Notes: generated from the letters alone by a model not told the origin. Shown: positions 1 to 10,079, numbered from the stretch's first letter. The stretch is 64,000 nucleotides of DNA from Candidatus Krumholzibacteriota bacterium (GCA_963764625.1 CAVXTH010000001.1:96001-160000), one strand, 5' to 3'. Made by a program: numbers and translations.

Positions 1-85
1 CGCAGGATGCGCGTGGGACAAGAGCTCGAGGTGAAAAGCTCAGTGAGCGGGATCGAGCCCTCGAGTCGGCACTCGCACCGGCCGC

Positions 86-970
86 CTACTTCCCTGAAGC
101 GAATTCGCCGGCAAAGAGATCGTTGGCGAAGGCGAGCAACAGACGGGCGAAGTCTTCCCGGCGCGCCGCGCCCACCGCGATGACCTCCTCGTGCGACACC
201 TCTTCCACCCCGTGCTCGCGGGCCACGTTCGTGATGCAGGAGACTCCCACCACCTTGACCCCCAGACGATGTGCGAGGGCCGCTTCCGGACCGGTCGACA
301 TGCCAATGGCCGAAGTCCCGATCGATCGATAGAAGCCGATCTCCTTGGGCGTCTCGTAGCTCGGACCCCACAACGAAACATAGGCCCCCGTTGCCACGGC
401 GATTCCATTGGCGGCCCCGACGTCGACCATACGTAGAGCCAACTCACGATCGAAGGGGCCATTGTGGGTCGCGGCGCGCAGATGGGCTTCGACTCGATCA
501 CTCACCGGCGGCAACACCAGTCCGCGCAGCGCATCGCCGTGAAAATCGAGCAGCCCGGTGAGTGCAACCAGGTCGCCGGCGCGCGCGTCGGGACTGGCGC
601 CTCCGGCCGCGTTGGTCAGAACCAACACTTCCACCCCCAACGCGAGCAGAGTCGCGATGGGAAAGAGCACATCCTCCATCGCGTGGCCTTCGTAGGCGTG
701 GAGACGTCCCTGTAGCACCAGAAGCCCGTTCTTCGTACCGGGAATGGAGCACCCGAGGAGTTGCCCCTCGTGGGCCGCGACGCTTGGCGCGTAAAAGCCG
801 GGAATGGAGGCAAATTTGCGTTGATGCAAAATCTCGAGCTGCTGGGCGAAGTTCCCCAGACCGCTTCCCAACACCACACCCAGCCGGCCGCGAAAGCCTT
901 CCTCACGTAGGGTCTTCGCGCCGGCCTCGACCTGCTGCGCGTAATCCTCTCGCAGTCGCCACGCCCCCAT
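86..970 (-). CDS. punA: Purine nucleoside phosphorylase (trimeric PNP family)
   Basis: Motifs VVLGSGLG, HEG, QGRLHAYEG, LTNAAGG, GPSYETPKE, GMSTGPE, ITN, SHEEV. ATG at 970 overlaps the ada stop (TGATG). Confidence 0.93.
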   Translation of the reverse strand: MGAWRLREDYAQQVEAGAKTLREEGFRGRLGVVLGSGLGNFAQQLEILHQRKFASIPGFYAPSVAAHEGQLLGCSIPGTKNGLLVLQGRLHAYEGHAMEDVLFPIATLLALGVEVLVLTNAAGGASPDARAGDLVALTGLLDFHGDALRGLVLPPVSDRVEAHLRAATHNGPFDRELALRMVDVGAANGIAVATGAYVSLWGPSYETPKEIGFYRSIGTSAIGMSTGPEAALAHRLGVKVVGVSCITNVAREHGVEEVSHEEVIAVGAARREDFARLLLAFANDLFAGEFASGK

Positions 971-2079
971 CAGGCAACTTCCAATCCGTGCCGGCGGCGC
1001 GCCTCGCCGATCTGCTCGATGGCCATGCGCATCAGCTCCACCCGCGTCTGTTGCGACAGGAACGCGCTCTTGAATCCCGCCAGCAGAATGTTCTCCATTT
1101 CGAGCAGGCTCAGGTCGAAAACGTCGACGGCCCGGCGTAACTCGCCCGTGAGATCCGTGTCCAAAAGCAGGCGGTTGTTCGTGCACAGGGTCACGCGCAC
1201 CCCGTAGCGAAGGAAACGCCGCAGAGGGTGCCGGTCGATACTCTTCACCGCGCCGGTGCGCACACTGCTGCTCAAACCGACCTCGAGCGGGATGCGATGG
1301 TTCGCCACGTAGCGTAGAAGGTTCATGTCCTCCAGCAAGCGCGTACCGTGTCCGATGCGATGCGCCCCCAGATAGTGCAGGGCCTGATGAATGCTGGGCG
1401 GGCCGAATTCCTCCCCCGCGTGAACCGTGCAGTTGATGTTGTTGTTCAGAATGAGATAGAACGCCTCAAGGTGATCCTTGGCCGGGTTGTCCATCTCGAT
1501 TCCGGCCAGATCGAATCCAACCACGCCACGCCGCTTGTAGTGCACCGCCAGTTCGGCCAGGCGGTGGGTCTCCTTCGGAGAGTGATGGCGCAGTCCGGTG
1601 ATCACCAGCTCGGCCGAGATCCCGGTCTCCTCACGCCCCTCCATGAGTCCCGCCAGCACGGCATCAGTTGCACCCTCGGGATCGAGCGCGCGTTCGCAGT
1701 GCAGCACCGGGCTGAATCGCATCTCCAGATGCTTGACGTTCTCCGCCGCGCAATCGGCTACCAGCTCGCGGGTAACGCGCCGCAGCGAAACTTCGTCCTG
1801 CAGAACCCGGTGCACCACGTCGAACAGAGGAATGTAGGTGGACAGCGAAGGCTCTTCGCCGGCGCCTCCGAGCAAGCTCCGCAAACTGTCTTCACTGCCT
1901 CCCGGCAACTCGAGGCCCTGTTCGGCGTAGAGCTCGACCAGGGTCGCAAAGCGCACGCTGCCATCGAGATGGACGTGGAGATCCGCCTTCGGCAGATCAC
2001 GGAGGAGTTCGGTCGAGATTTCCTCTCCGCGCAAGAGGTCCCCGCGCAGATAGCCATCCTGTCGAACCGAACCGGCCAT
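970..2079 (-). CDS. add: Adenosine deaminase
   Basis: LPKADLHVHLDGS, GFDLAG.E, TVHAGE, RIGHG, C-terminal TNN (usually TDN/SDD). Start at 2079 overlaps the dNK stop (TGATG). Confidence 0.92.
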   Translation of the reverse strand: MAGSVRQDGYLRGDLLRGEEISTELLRDLPKADLHVHLDGSVRFATLVELYAEQGLELPGGSEDSLRSLLGGAGEEPSLSTYIPLFDVVHRVLQDEVSLRRVTRELVADCAAENVKHLEMRFSPVLHCERALDPEGATDAVLAGLMEGREETGISAELVITGLRHHSPKETHRLAELAVHYKRRGVVGFDLAGIEMDNPAKDHLEAFYLILNNNINCTVHAGEEFGPPSIHQALHYLGAHRIGHGTRLLEDMNLLRYVANHRIPLEVGLSSSVRTGAVKSIDRHPLRRFLRYGVRVTLCTNNRLLLDTDLTGELRRAVDVFDLSLLEMENILLAGFKSAFLSQQTRVELMRMAIEQIGEARRRHGLEVA

Positions 2080-2741
2080 CAGGCCCTGCCTTTCAGTTCC
2101 TTGGGCTGCGAGAGAGAGCGAATGACCTCCACCAGCTCGTCCTGGGCCTTGCGGTCGTTCTTGAGATCGAGCTCCTCGGTGTTCACCACGTGCAGAGGAC
2201 AGAGCAGGGGAATTCGTTCGGCCCACAGCTCGTAGCTCTCGTGCAGTTCGCGGATGTACTCCTCCTCGATCTGCTTCTCGCAATCGCGACCGCGGGCGCG
2301 AATGCGCTGCATGATGGTCTCGGGTTGAGCGCGCAAATAGAGGATGAGATCGGGGGGGCGCAGGTAGCTCACCATGGCGGCGAAGAGGTCTTTGTAATTG
2401 TGGTAATCGCGTTCGTCCATCATGCCGCGGCGGTACAGAATGCGCGCAAAGATCTCGGTATCTTCGTAGATGGTGCGATCCTGCACTACGCTGCGTCCGC
2501 TTTGAAGGATCGTACGCTGCAGGGCGAAGCGCTTGGAGAGTAGAAACACCTGAAGGTGGAAGCTGTACCGCTTCATGTCGGCGTAGAAGTCATCGAGATA
2601 GGGATTGTCCGCGACCGGCTCGTAGTAGGTGTCCCACCCCAGGCGTTCGCCCAAGAGGTCGGTGACCAGGGTTTTTCCCACCCCAATGTTTCCGGCGATG
2701 GCGAGGAAGAACGGTTGTGTTTCTCGGTTGGGCGTTGTCAT
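2079..2741 (-). CDS. Deoxynucleoside kinase (dAK/dCK/dGK family)
   Basis: P-loop IAGNIGVGKT, EPVADNPYL, QDRTIYED, RGRDCE lid. Confidence 0.93.
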   Translation of the reverse strand: MTTPNRETQPFFLAIAGNIGVGKTLVTDLLGERLGWDTYYEPVADNPYLDDFYADMKRYSFHLQVFLLSKRFALQRTILQSGRSVVQDRTIYEDTEIFARILYRRGMMDERDYHNYKDLFAAMVSYLRPPDLILYLRAQPETIMQRIRARGRDCEKQIEEEYIRELHESYELWAERIPLLCPLHVVNTEELDLKNDRKAQDELVEVIRSLSQPKELKGRA

Positions 2742-2763
2742 GACGCCGCCTCCTCTCTCACTC

Positions 2764-3381
2764 TCACGCGCGGGGCGGCAGGCCGTCCAGGGCGTCGATC
2801 TTGGCCACGCGGCGCGCGTGGCGTCCTCCCGAATGATCAGTCCGCAGCCAGATCCGAAGAATGCGGCTGGCGTGGCCTGGATGAATCTGCGCGCTTCCGA
2901 GCACTAGCACGTTGGCGTCGTTGTGCTCGCGGCTGTTGCTCGCGGTGGCTTCGTTGTGCACGGTGGCGGCACGCACTCCCCGCATCTTGTTCAATGCCAT
3001 GGCGCTGCCAATGCCCGCCCCGTCGATCATCACGCCGAAGCGACACGCTCCGGCCTGGATCTGCTGGCCCACTTTGATCGCGAAGTCGGGGTAGTCGCAC
3101 GACTGCTCGGAGTGGGTACCGACGTCGACCGCCTCGTAGCCAAGCTCAGCCAGGATCTCTTTGAGCCGCCGCTTGAGGGCGAAGCCGCCGTGGTCGCTTC
3201 CGATGGCTACCCTTTTCGCCGCGCCCGGCTTGAGGGCGCATGGAGTCCCGGCCAAGGGCCGCGGATCGGGGGCCCGGCCGGGAGTCACCGGCGAGGTGAG
3301 CGCGCCCGCATCCGGGGGCGCGAAATCGTCGAGAATCTGCTCGACGAGGCGTCGCACCTGATCTCGCGAAATCGAAGCCAC
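2764..3381 (-). CDS. rpiB: Ribose-5-phosphate isomerase B with N-terminal extension
   Basis: GSDHGG, DYPD, DGAGIG, SREHNDANVL, GGRHARRV. GTG at 3381 follows a GGGAGAGG RBS. About 55 aa of extension: an amphipathic helix plus a Pro-rich linker. Confidence 0.9.
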   Translation of the reverse strand: MASISRDQVRRLVEQILDDFAPPDAGALTSPVTPGRAPDPRPLAGTPCALKPGAAKRVAIGSDHGGFALKRRLKEILAELGYEAVDVGTHSEQSCDYPDFAIKVGQQIQAGACRFGVMIDGAGIGSAMALNKMRGVRAATVHNEATASNSREHNDANVLVLGSAQIHPGHASRILRIWLRTDHSGGRHARRVAKIDALDGLPPRA

Positions 3382-3473
3382 TGCGGATCCTCTCCCAAGC
3401 GAAAACTGACGAGAATCGTAGTCTCTTGGCGCGCAAAGGGCAATCGCGCGGCGAGAATCCGCCGGCAATCGGG

Positions 3474-4613
3474 CTAGGATCCGCCCTTGAAATCGCTCCA
3501 GCGCTTGTCCTCGAACACGCGGATCTGCGCGCTGGCGGCGTCGACCACGTAGAGAATCGCGCCCGAAATTTCCACCTGGATGCCTCCCCGCGTGGTGATT
3601 CCGTGGACGATCGCGAACTTGCGTGGCGAGCCCAGCGGCACCGAGCCGCCGGCGCCGTTGCCAAAGAGGAGGTCGAAGCCGCCTAAGGGGCTGAAGCGTT
3701 GGCCGCGGCCGTTGCCCGAGTCCGCCACGTAGATGCGGCCTTCCCGATCGATTCCGACGCCATAGGGGGTGTTGAACTCGCCCGCTTCACTTCCCGGACC
3801 AGGCTCGAAGATGCCCCCACAGCCAGGAGCCTTCCCCAGGACGTGGGCCGAGATGTCGACGGTGGGACAGCTAGTGGGGTAGAAAGGAACGATCGCACCG
3901 GTGGCGGTCGAGTCCGGGCCGGTGGGAGTGGGATCGAAGCGAATGACCCAGTTGCGCGTGGTGTCGGCGTCGCACACGAGCAGCATGCCGGCCGAATCGA
4001 ACGCCAGACCCACCGGGCGCTGCACGAACTGGGGACTCTCCACGCTGCCCCGGGAATTTGCGACCTCGCCGCGCGGCTGCAGGAGGCCAAGATCGTGGTC
4101 GAGCCACCGGAAGCGCAACACCGCGCCGGAATCCGGATCGGCCAGATACAGCAAATCGTCCCGCGTCACGATGGCCGCAACGCTCTTGGCCAGTCCGCTG
4201 AGATCGTAGCTCCCCTGGGGCGACAGATCGGTCTGGGAGAAGAACGAGAGTCGCGGCGGCGTCGCGGCGTCACCGCTTTCGCCCACCACGACGGTCCGGG
4301 TCAGAGAATCGAGGCACACCGCGGTGGGATTGGCCAGTCCCGTGACCGGTCCCTTGTCGAGCACGCCCTTCAAATTGTACTTGGTGAGCGTGCCCGGCTG
4401 CCCCTCGGTGACGAAGATCTTTCCCGCCGCCTCGATGAGATCGGTGGGATCGGTCAGATCCCACTGGCTCTTTTCGAGATAGAGGCTGCTGCTGGGAATC
4501 CCTTTTGCTTCGGGAGCGGTGATCTTCACGCCGCAGCCAAACAGGGTGAAGAGCCCCGCGAGAGCGACGAGCCCCGTCAGGGCGGAGAATGGGAATTCAC
4601 GCCGCGCGCTCAT
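3474..4613 (-). CDS. NHL-repeat beta-propeller lipoprotein
   Basis: Lipobox LFGC; NHL repeats (PVGLAFDSAGMLLVCD, FNTPYGVGIDREGRIYVADSGNGR). Confidence 0.75.
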   Translation of the reverse strand: MSARREFPFSALTGLVALAGLFTLFGCGVKITAPEAKGIPSSSLYLEKSQWDLTDPTDLIEAAGKIFVTEGQPGTLTKYNLKGVLDKGPVTGLANPTAVCLDSLTRTVVVGESGDAATPPRLSFFSQTDLSPQGSYDLSGLAKSVAAIVTRDDLLYLADPDSGAVLRFRWLDHDLGLLQPRGEVANSRGSVESPQFVQRPVGLAFDSAGMLLVCDADTTRNWVIRFDPTPTGPDSTATGAIVPFYPTSCPTVDISAHVLGKAPGCGGIFEPGPGSEAGEFNTPYGVGIDREGRIYVADSGNGRGQRFSPLGGFDLLFGNGAGGSVPLGSPRKFAIVHGITTRGGIQVEISGAILYVVDAASAQIRVFEDKRWSDFKGGS

Positions 4614-5587
4614 CGTCCGAACTCCACCGTTACCGTGTGCAAGCCACCGAACGCTCCTCGATCGTCATAGGCGTAGCCAACCCGCAAGAGCAGCCCCTTC
4701 TTCTCCAGGTGCAGGCCGAAGCCAGCGGAAATTCCACCCTGATCGACGTTGCTTCGCCAACCTCCGCGAAGTGCGAGATGGTCGAGCAGCGCGGCTTCGC
4801 CGCCAAAGATGACCGATTCCTGCTCATCGCTGGGATGACGGAAATCGAAACACAGGGTGAGCCGGCGATGGTCGCCCGTGCCGAAGTCGTAGGCCGCACC
4901 GAAGACCGCGATGGTCGGGGCGGCGAAACTCTGCCAGTCGGTTCCCGCTTCGGGTGGCGGAGCGCCGGTGAGCTTCAGGTCGCCGCCGAAGTTCTGCACC
5001 GTGAAACCAACCCGCGCGGTGTGGAAGCCGATGTAATAGAGCGCGCCCAGATCGAGGAACACGCCCTCGTTCTTGAACTCGTCGAGGTTCTCCTGCAGGA
5101 ACTTGGCGGTAGCGGCGACGGTGAAGCGATCGGTCATCTGGCGGCCCAGAGAGACCGAGCCCACGAATTGATTGGCGGTAAAGGTGAAGCCCTGCCCGGT
5201 GGGGTGCAGCTCGCTGGTGCGAAGAATGTCTCCGCTGCGCAGCACTCCGCCCATCAGGCCAAGTCGCCACACGCCGATCTTCCGCACGTAGGCGATGTGG
5301 TCGACGTTCATGTCGGCCGCGTATGCGGTGTGCGACACCAGGAGCTGATTCGAACCCCCGACGGTGATCATGGCGGCGGGATTCCAGAACACGGACGATG
5401 CGCCGTCCGCCGCGGCGCTCATGCCACTCCCCATGGCGATGCCGCGCGCTCCGAAGGGGACGCGAAGAAACTGTCCGCCACTGGTTCCCGCTCGCTCTCC
5501 TCCGTACAGAGCGATGAGCTGTCCAGCCGTGGCCGGCGAAGCAACCAGCAGCAGGAGCCAGAGGATAAAGAGTGAGCGCCTTACCAT
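4610..5587 (-). CDS. PorV/PorQ-family outer-membrane beta-barrel (T9SS shuttle-like)
   Basis: Signal peptide, then the family signature GQFLRVPFGARGIAMG...SVFWNPAAM; alternating beta-strands. Start at 5587 overlaps the TBDR stop. Confidence 0.85.
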   Translation of the reverse strand: MVRRSLFILWLLLLVASPATAGQLIALYGGERAGTSGGQFLRVPFGARGIAMGSGMSAAADGASSVFWNPAAMITVGGSNQLLVSHTAYAADMNVDHIAYVRKIGVWRLGLMGGVLRSGDILRTSELHPTGQGFTFTANQFVGSVSLGRQMTDRFTVAATAKFLQENLDEFKNEGVFLDLGALYYIGFHTARVGFTVQNFGGDLKLTGAPPPEAGTDWQSFAAPTIAVFGAAYDFGTGDHRRLTLCFDFRHPSDEQESVIFGGEAALLDHLALRGGWRSNVDQGGISAGFGLHLEKKGLLLRVGYAYDDRGAFGGLHTVTVEFGR

Positions 5588-8532
5588 TGGTAGCTCACCC
5601 CCAGAATCAGCCGGCGGGGATCGGTGCGATAGGAGGGATCGACGTAGTCCTCGACGTAGTCGGTGGTGGAGACGGTGCGCGGCGATCCGTTGAGGCGCTG
5701 ACTCGCGATGTCCCCGTCCCAATTGCCCCGAATGTATCCCTCACCCGTCCAGGGATTCACGCGCCGGTAGTTGTCGTGGTTCAGAATATTCTGCGCCTCG
5801 AGATAGATCGTCACCCGGCGCTTCTCATCCAGATGATAGAACTTGCTGAGCTTCACATCGAGCGAGCTGCGGTAAGGCCCTAACATTCCGTAGGTGTCCG
5901 GCGAATTCTGCACGCTTCCGTTCTCGGTGAGAACGCGTTCGGTATAGCGTTGACCCGCCCACGCGCGCATGAGCACGTTGGCGCTCCAGTTCCTGGGAAC
6001 CGCCCATCCCAAAAGCTCGGGCGAATGCTTGTCACCGACGTAGAAATCGAGGTTCAGGGTGGCGGACCAGGGACGATCCCACAAGAGCGGTACGTTGCGG
6101 ATGCCCTGCTCGGTCTGGAAGTCGGGATTGCCCTGCCCCAGCTCGGCGCTCAGGAAGGTGGCGTTCGCGTCGCTATTGCTTCCAGTGGTTCTCTGTAGTT
6201 CGAAGGTAAAGCTCCCGCTGAGATAACGCGTGGTGCGCTTCACGATCGACAATTCCATTCCGATGGAGCGGGCCGCATCCGCATTGAAGTAACGGATGGG
6301 GTTCACTACCACCGCCACCTTGTCGTTGGGATCGGGCGTATCCTGAGGATCGATCACGACCTGGTCGAGCGCCACGCTCTGCGCATATCCGTAAATGTCG
6401 TTGCTGTAGAAGGTGACACCGGCGCTCCAGAGATTTTCGAATTCGTGCTGAATTCCGGCTTCGTACTGCACCGTAACTTTGGGATCGAGATCGGGATTTC
6501 CCAAGAGTTGCAAGTCGGTGGCGAAGTTCGTCTGTAACTGGGCGTACACGTAGTTGTAGCGGGGCCATTGGTTGAAGTGGCCGTAATTGAAGAAGAACTT
6601 GTCGTGCGGGGAGACGGGGAAGCTCACCCCGACGCGTGGACTCAGGCGGGCCTTCCAGCGCACCCCAAAAGCGCTCATCGTCTTCGAGCGATAGTTATCG
6701 GCCATCTCGGGAAAGATGAAGACGTAGTCGCCGCTATTTTCCATGACCTGGTCTACTTCTTTCCCGGGAGCCCAGGCGTCGAGTCGTCCTCCCAGGTTGA
6801 GAATGAGACCTTTGTAGCTGAGACGATCCTGCACGTATCCCGCGAACACTTGCGGATGAACTCGAAAGATGTCCTGACTGCGCGCCAGAAATCCCGGCGG
6901 CGGACTCCCCAGTGACCCGTTCAGGTCGATGAGCTGCATCTCGCTGTGAGTGTACTCGAAACCGGTCTTGAAGCGGCTGTTGTCCCCCGCGAGCCACGCG
7001 TAATCGGCCTTGGCCACGTACGATTCCGAGTAGTGGTCGTGCCAGCGGTCGGCATCGCCCCCCACGTGCGCCCCCGCGATGTAGGAGGGACATCCGTCGC
7101 ACGGGGATTCGTGAAGATTGACCTCGGGTCCTTCGTAGGTGGAAAAGTCGTCGTTGCGGTTCTTGTTGGTGTGCTGTCGCGAGAACTGCCGCCCCAGGGT
7201 GACGTCGTAGAATGCGTTCTTCCCGTTGACGTGGTGCCAGTTGAGCTGGGTGAGGATGTTCTGAGTGGTGGTGACGTCGTAGTTGTAGAGAATGTTCTGG
7301 TACTTCTTGGGGAAGCCTTCGCCCGCGAGCAGATACCCGAGTCCCACCGTCGCCTGATTGCTGTAGGTGAGATTGATCTTGCTCAGAGGCGAGAAGGCCC
7401 AGGTCCATTTCGCCAGGCCACTCCACTTGTTGTCGGCTCGAGGCGACCAGAAGGCGCTCTTGAGAATGGGCGAAAGCACGCCCTTGGTCTGATTCTGGTC
7501 GGGATACTGTGACACCGAAGCAGGATCGGGATTGCGAAGTGACTCGGTGGGAAGATAGGTGTCGCTGATATCCCCGGTGAGACTGACGATGAAATACTGC
7601 TTTCCCGGCAGATTGAGCTTGTTCCAGGGCACTACCGGACCCGACAGCGTGAGCCGTGCCATGTCCTTGTCGTAGCGGTACGAGCTGGGCGCGACCGCGT
7701 CGCTGCGGTAGGTGGCTTTACCCTCGAACTCCTCACCGCCTTCCTTCGTCGAGACGTTCACCACGCCGCTGACCGCCTGACCGTACTCCGCCGAGAATCC
7801 ACCGGTGAGGACTTCGACTTCGTTGATGAGGTCGGTGTTCACGCCGAGTCCGTAGGAGCCGGCGCCCAAGGGGTCTTTCACCGCGACGCCATCCAGCCGG
7901 AATTGCGTGTCGTCTTCACGCCCACCGCGGATGTGGATCGCGTTGTCCTGCACCGTTACGCCGGCCTGCAGCGCCACCGCGTCGACCAGGTTATCCAGGG
8001 GGAGCGCATCGATGTCGCTGCCGCTGAGCCGCCGGGCGGTGCCGGTCTCGGTCACCACGAGGAGTTTGCGCTGCGCCAGCACATCGTAGGGGGCGAAGAC
8101 CTCGGCGTGCGGCTCCAACCAGAAATTGATCTCGACCTCATCGCCGGGCAGAAGACTGAGCGTCACCTCTCCCACCCCGTAGGTGATGTAGCTGGCGCGA
8201 ATGGTATAGGTTCCGGGCTCCAGCCCGCGCAGCCAGAACTGACCGTTGTTCAGGGAGAGGGTTCCCCTGCCGGTGTCCATCACGAAGATGTTCGTATAGC
8301 TCAGAGGTACGTTGCGATCTTTCGCGAATACGCGCCCCTTGATGACGATGGGGAGATTCGGGTTTCGCTTGGCCTCGTCTTCATAACGATGGAGGTACCG
8401 GTACCCGGTGACTTTCTCTCCGATGTCTCCGGTGACCTTTCCGATCTGCTCATCCTGCGAACGAGCGAGAGACGGGAGGAACACGAGGGCCAGGGCAAGG
8501 ACCGCGATTCGTCTCGGCGGGGAAAGCTTCAC
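5581..8532 (-). CDS. TonB-dependent receptor with N-terminal carboxypeptidase-regulatory-like domain
   Basis: Plug motifs IHIRGGR, VLTGGFSAEYGQAVSGVVN; barrel motifs LSPRVGVSFP, GNPDLDP; ends PRRLILGVSYQW. Confidence 0.92.
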   Translation of the reverse strand: MKLSPPRRIAVLALALVFLPSLARSQDEQIGKVTGDIGEKVTGYRYLHRYEDEAKRNPNLPIVIKGRVFAKDRNVPLSYTNIFVMDTGRGTLSLNNGQFWLRGLEPGTYTIRASYITYGVGEVTLSLLPGDEVEINFWLEPHAEVFAPYDVLAQRKLLVVTETGTARRLSGSDIDALPLDNLVDAVALQAGVTVQDNAIHIRGGREDDTQFRLDGVAVKDPLGAGSYGLGVNTDLINEVEVLTGGFSAEYGQAVSGVVNVSTKEGGEEFEGKATYRSDAVAPSSYRYDKDMARLTLSGPVVPWNKLNLPGKQYFIVSLTGDISDTYLPTESLRNPDPASVSQYPDQNQTKGVLSPILKSAFWSPRADNKWSGLAKWTWAFSPLSKINLTYSNQATVGLGYLLAGEGFPKKYQNILYNYDVTTTQNILTQLNWHHVNGKNAFYDVTLGRQFSRQHTNKNRNDDFSTYEGPEVNLHESPCDGCPSYIAGAHVGGDADRWHDHYSESYVAKADYAWLAGDNSRFKTGFEYTHSEMQLIDLNGSLGSPPPGFLARSQDIFRVHPQVFAGYVQDRLSYKGLILNLGGRLDAWAPGKEVDQVMENSGDYVFIFPEMADNYRSKTMSAFGVRWKARLSPRVGVSFPVSPHDKFFFNYGHFNQWPRYNYVYAQLQTNFATDLQLLGNPDLDPKVTVQYEAGIQHEFENLWSAGVTFYSNDIYGYAQSVALDQVVIDPQDTPDPNDKVAVVVNPIRYFNADAARSIGMELSIVKRTTRYLSGSFTFELQRTTGSNSDANATFLSAELGQGNPDFQTEQGIRNVPLLWDRPWSATLNLDFYVGDKHSPELLGWAVPRNWSANVLMRAWAGQRYTERVLTENGSVQNSPDTYGMLGPYRSSLDVKLSKFYHLDEKRRVTIYLEAQNILNHDNYRRVNPWTGEGYIRGNWDGDIASQRLNGSPRTVSTTDYVEDYVDPSYRTDPRRLILGVSYQW

Positions 8533-10079
8533 GGCTTCCCCCCGCTGGGCAGTGTCACCGGGTGGCCGAGCTCATCCTGGAGAATGATCCCGAGGGCTTC
8601 GATCGCATTTCCGAGCGCGTTGCAGTACTCCAGCTGGAAGCCCAGGGTGACCGCATTCGCGGTTCCCGTGTCCGGTCTTCGCACGGCCACGAGCGGACTG
8701 GAGGGTCGGCGGTCGTGAAGGTAATCGTAGTTCTCGAAGCGATAGAGTTCGGCCGTTCCCGCGGTCATCACGAAGCCGTAGATTCCGAAGAAGAAGCCGG
8801 TTCCGTCCAGATAGTTGCGGCCGATCGACGCCATGGCCGGCAGGCCCGCGCTTTGCGGTTCGACGTCGAGCGCGCCGCCCAGGCCGGATAGATCCTGCGA
8901 GGTGATGCGGAAGTTCGAGCGCGGATCCGGGTTCTTCTCGAGCCCCAACACCTGGGAACGGAAAGTGGTGGAGAGGTTGGAGCTCGCGCCGACCGCGGCC
9001 TGGGTCTCCAGGAAGAGGTGTCCCGATTGGGTTCCGGGCGTGTCGGGATCGAGATCCTTCGAGAGGTAGTCCTGCAGGATTCCCTGCACGCGCACCAGAT
9101 TCGGGCTCTCCGAGTTTCCCGTATACCACACGAGCCATTGGAACTGCTCGAGGGTGAGACGGATGTCGTCGTCGCGGTCGGGAGCGCCATCGGAGATGTC
9201 CCACACGCTGTGTTGTCCGGGAAGAAGTTGATCGAGAGCGTCCCGATAGAAGGTATCGCGGCTGGCCAAGGATACCGTGTTCGGGGCGTCGTCTATCAGG
9301 AGCACGTCCCCGATGGCCGGGTATACCTTCCAGGTATGGGAGAGCTCGGCCAAACCACCCGCCTCGTCTGCGATGCGCACGTAGAGCGTTTGATCGAAAT
9401 CCTGCGCAGGATCGCCCTGGGGTATGTCGCGCAGCACCAGCGAAAAGCGCGTCGGCGGTCGCGCCTCGCGCACCCATCCCTTGGTGGGATCGGCCAAAGG
9501 ATCGCCAATGCCGTACACCGAGTCGGGGTCGCTGCCCTCGAATCGATATTCGATCCATGGCAACAGAGTGGAGTCGCCGTCGAGATCGAAGCCAAAGAAT
9601 TCGAAGGAGGCCGCTCCGAAACTCGTCTTCACGGGAGTGAAATTGTCGGCGAATTCCAGAAGGGGAGGAAAGTTCACCAGGGGAATCGTGACCGAGACCG
9701 TATCACTCAGAGCGGCGCGGTCGTCCTGTGCCACCACGGACAGAGTGGGAAATGCGCGACCGCTTTCGTCGGTGGAGTAGGTCGCGGTGGTCTCTTCGCT
9801 GGTCGTGAACATCCAGTTGTTCGAGGACTGCCCCTGCACGGTGATGTTGACGTAGTACCCGGTGATGAATCCGTCGCTGTCGGTCCCCGACCAGTGGAAG
9901 GTCGCCTGGTTGTAGGTCGTGGGCTGCAGACTGTCCGGGTTGGCGGGAAGAATCCAGATCGAGGCCACGGGCGGGGCGTTCTTCCAGCTCGTCGGATCGA
10001 AGGGCTCGTTGGAACAGGCCGCGATCAGCGCGGCGAAGGCAAAGAGCCAGGGAAGCAGCTTTGGGAATGGTCTCGACAT
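8529..10079 (-). CDS. Uncharacterized lipoprotein (Ig-like repeats plus C-terminal alpha/beta domain)
   Basis: Lipobox LIAAC; FHWSGTDSDG Ig-like repeat; VLLIDD...LVWYTG alpha/beta domain; stop overlaps the TBDR start. Confidence 0.7.
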   Translation of the reverse strand: MSRPFPKLLPWLFAFAALIAACSNEPFDPTSWKNAPPVASIWILPANPDSLQPTTYNQATFHWSGTDSDGFITGYYVNITVQGQSSNNWMFTTSEETTATYSTDESGRAFPTLSVVAQDDRAALSDTVSVTIPLVNFPPLLEFADNFTPVKTSFGAASFEFFGFDLDGDSTLLPWIEYRFEGSDPDSVYGIGDPLADPTKGWVREARPPTRFSLVLRDIPQGDPAQDFDQTLYVRIADEAGGLAELSHTWKVYPAIGDVLLIDDAPNTVSLASRDTFYRDALDQLLPGQHSVWDISDGAPDRDDDIRLTLEQFQWLVWYTGNSESPNLVRVQGILQDYLSKDLDPDTPGTQSGHLFLETQAAVGASSNLSTTFRSQVLGLEKNPDPRSNFRITSQDLSGLGGALDVEPQSAGLPAMASIGRNYLDGTGFFFGIYGFVMTAGTAELYRFENYDYLHDRRPSSPLVAVRRPDTGTANAVTLGFQLEYCNALGNAIEALGIILQDELGHPVTLPSGGKP

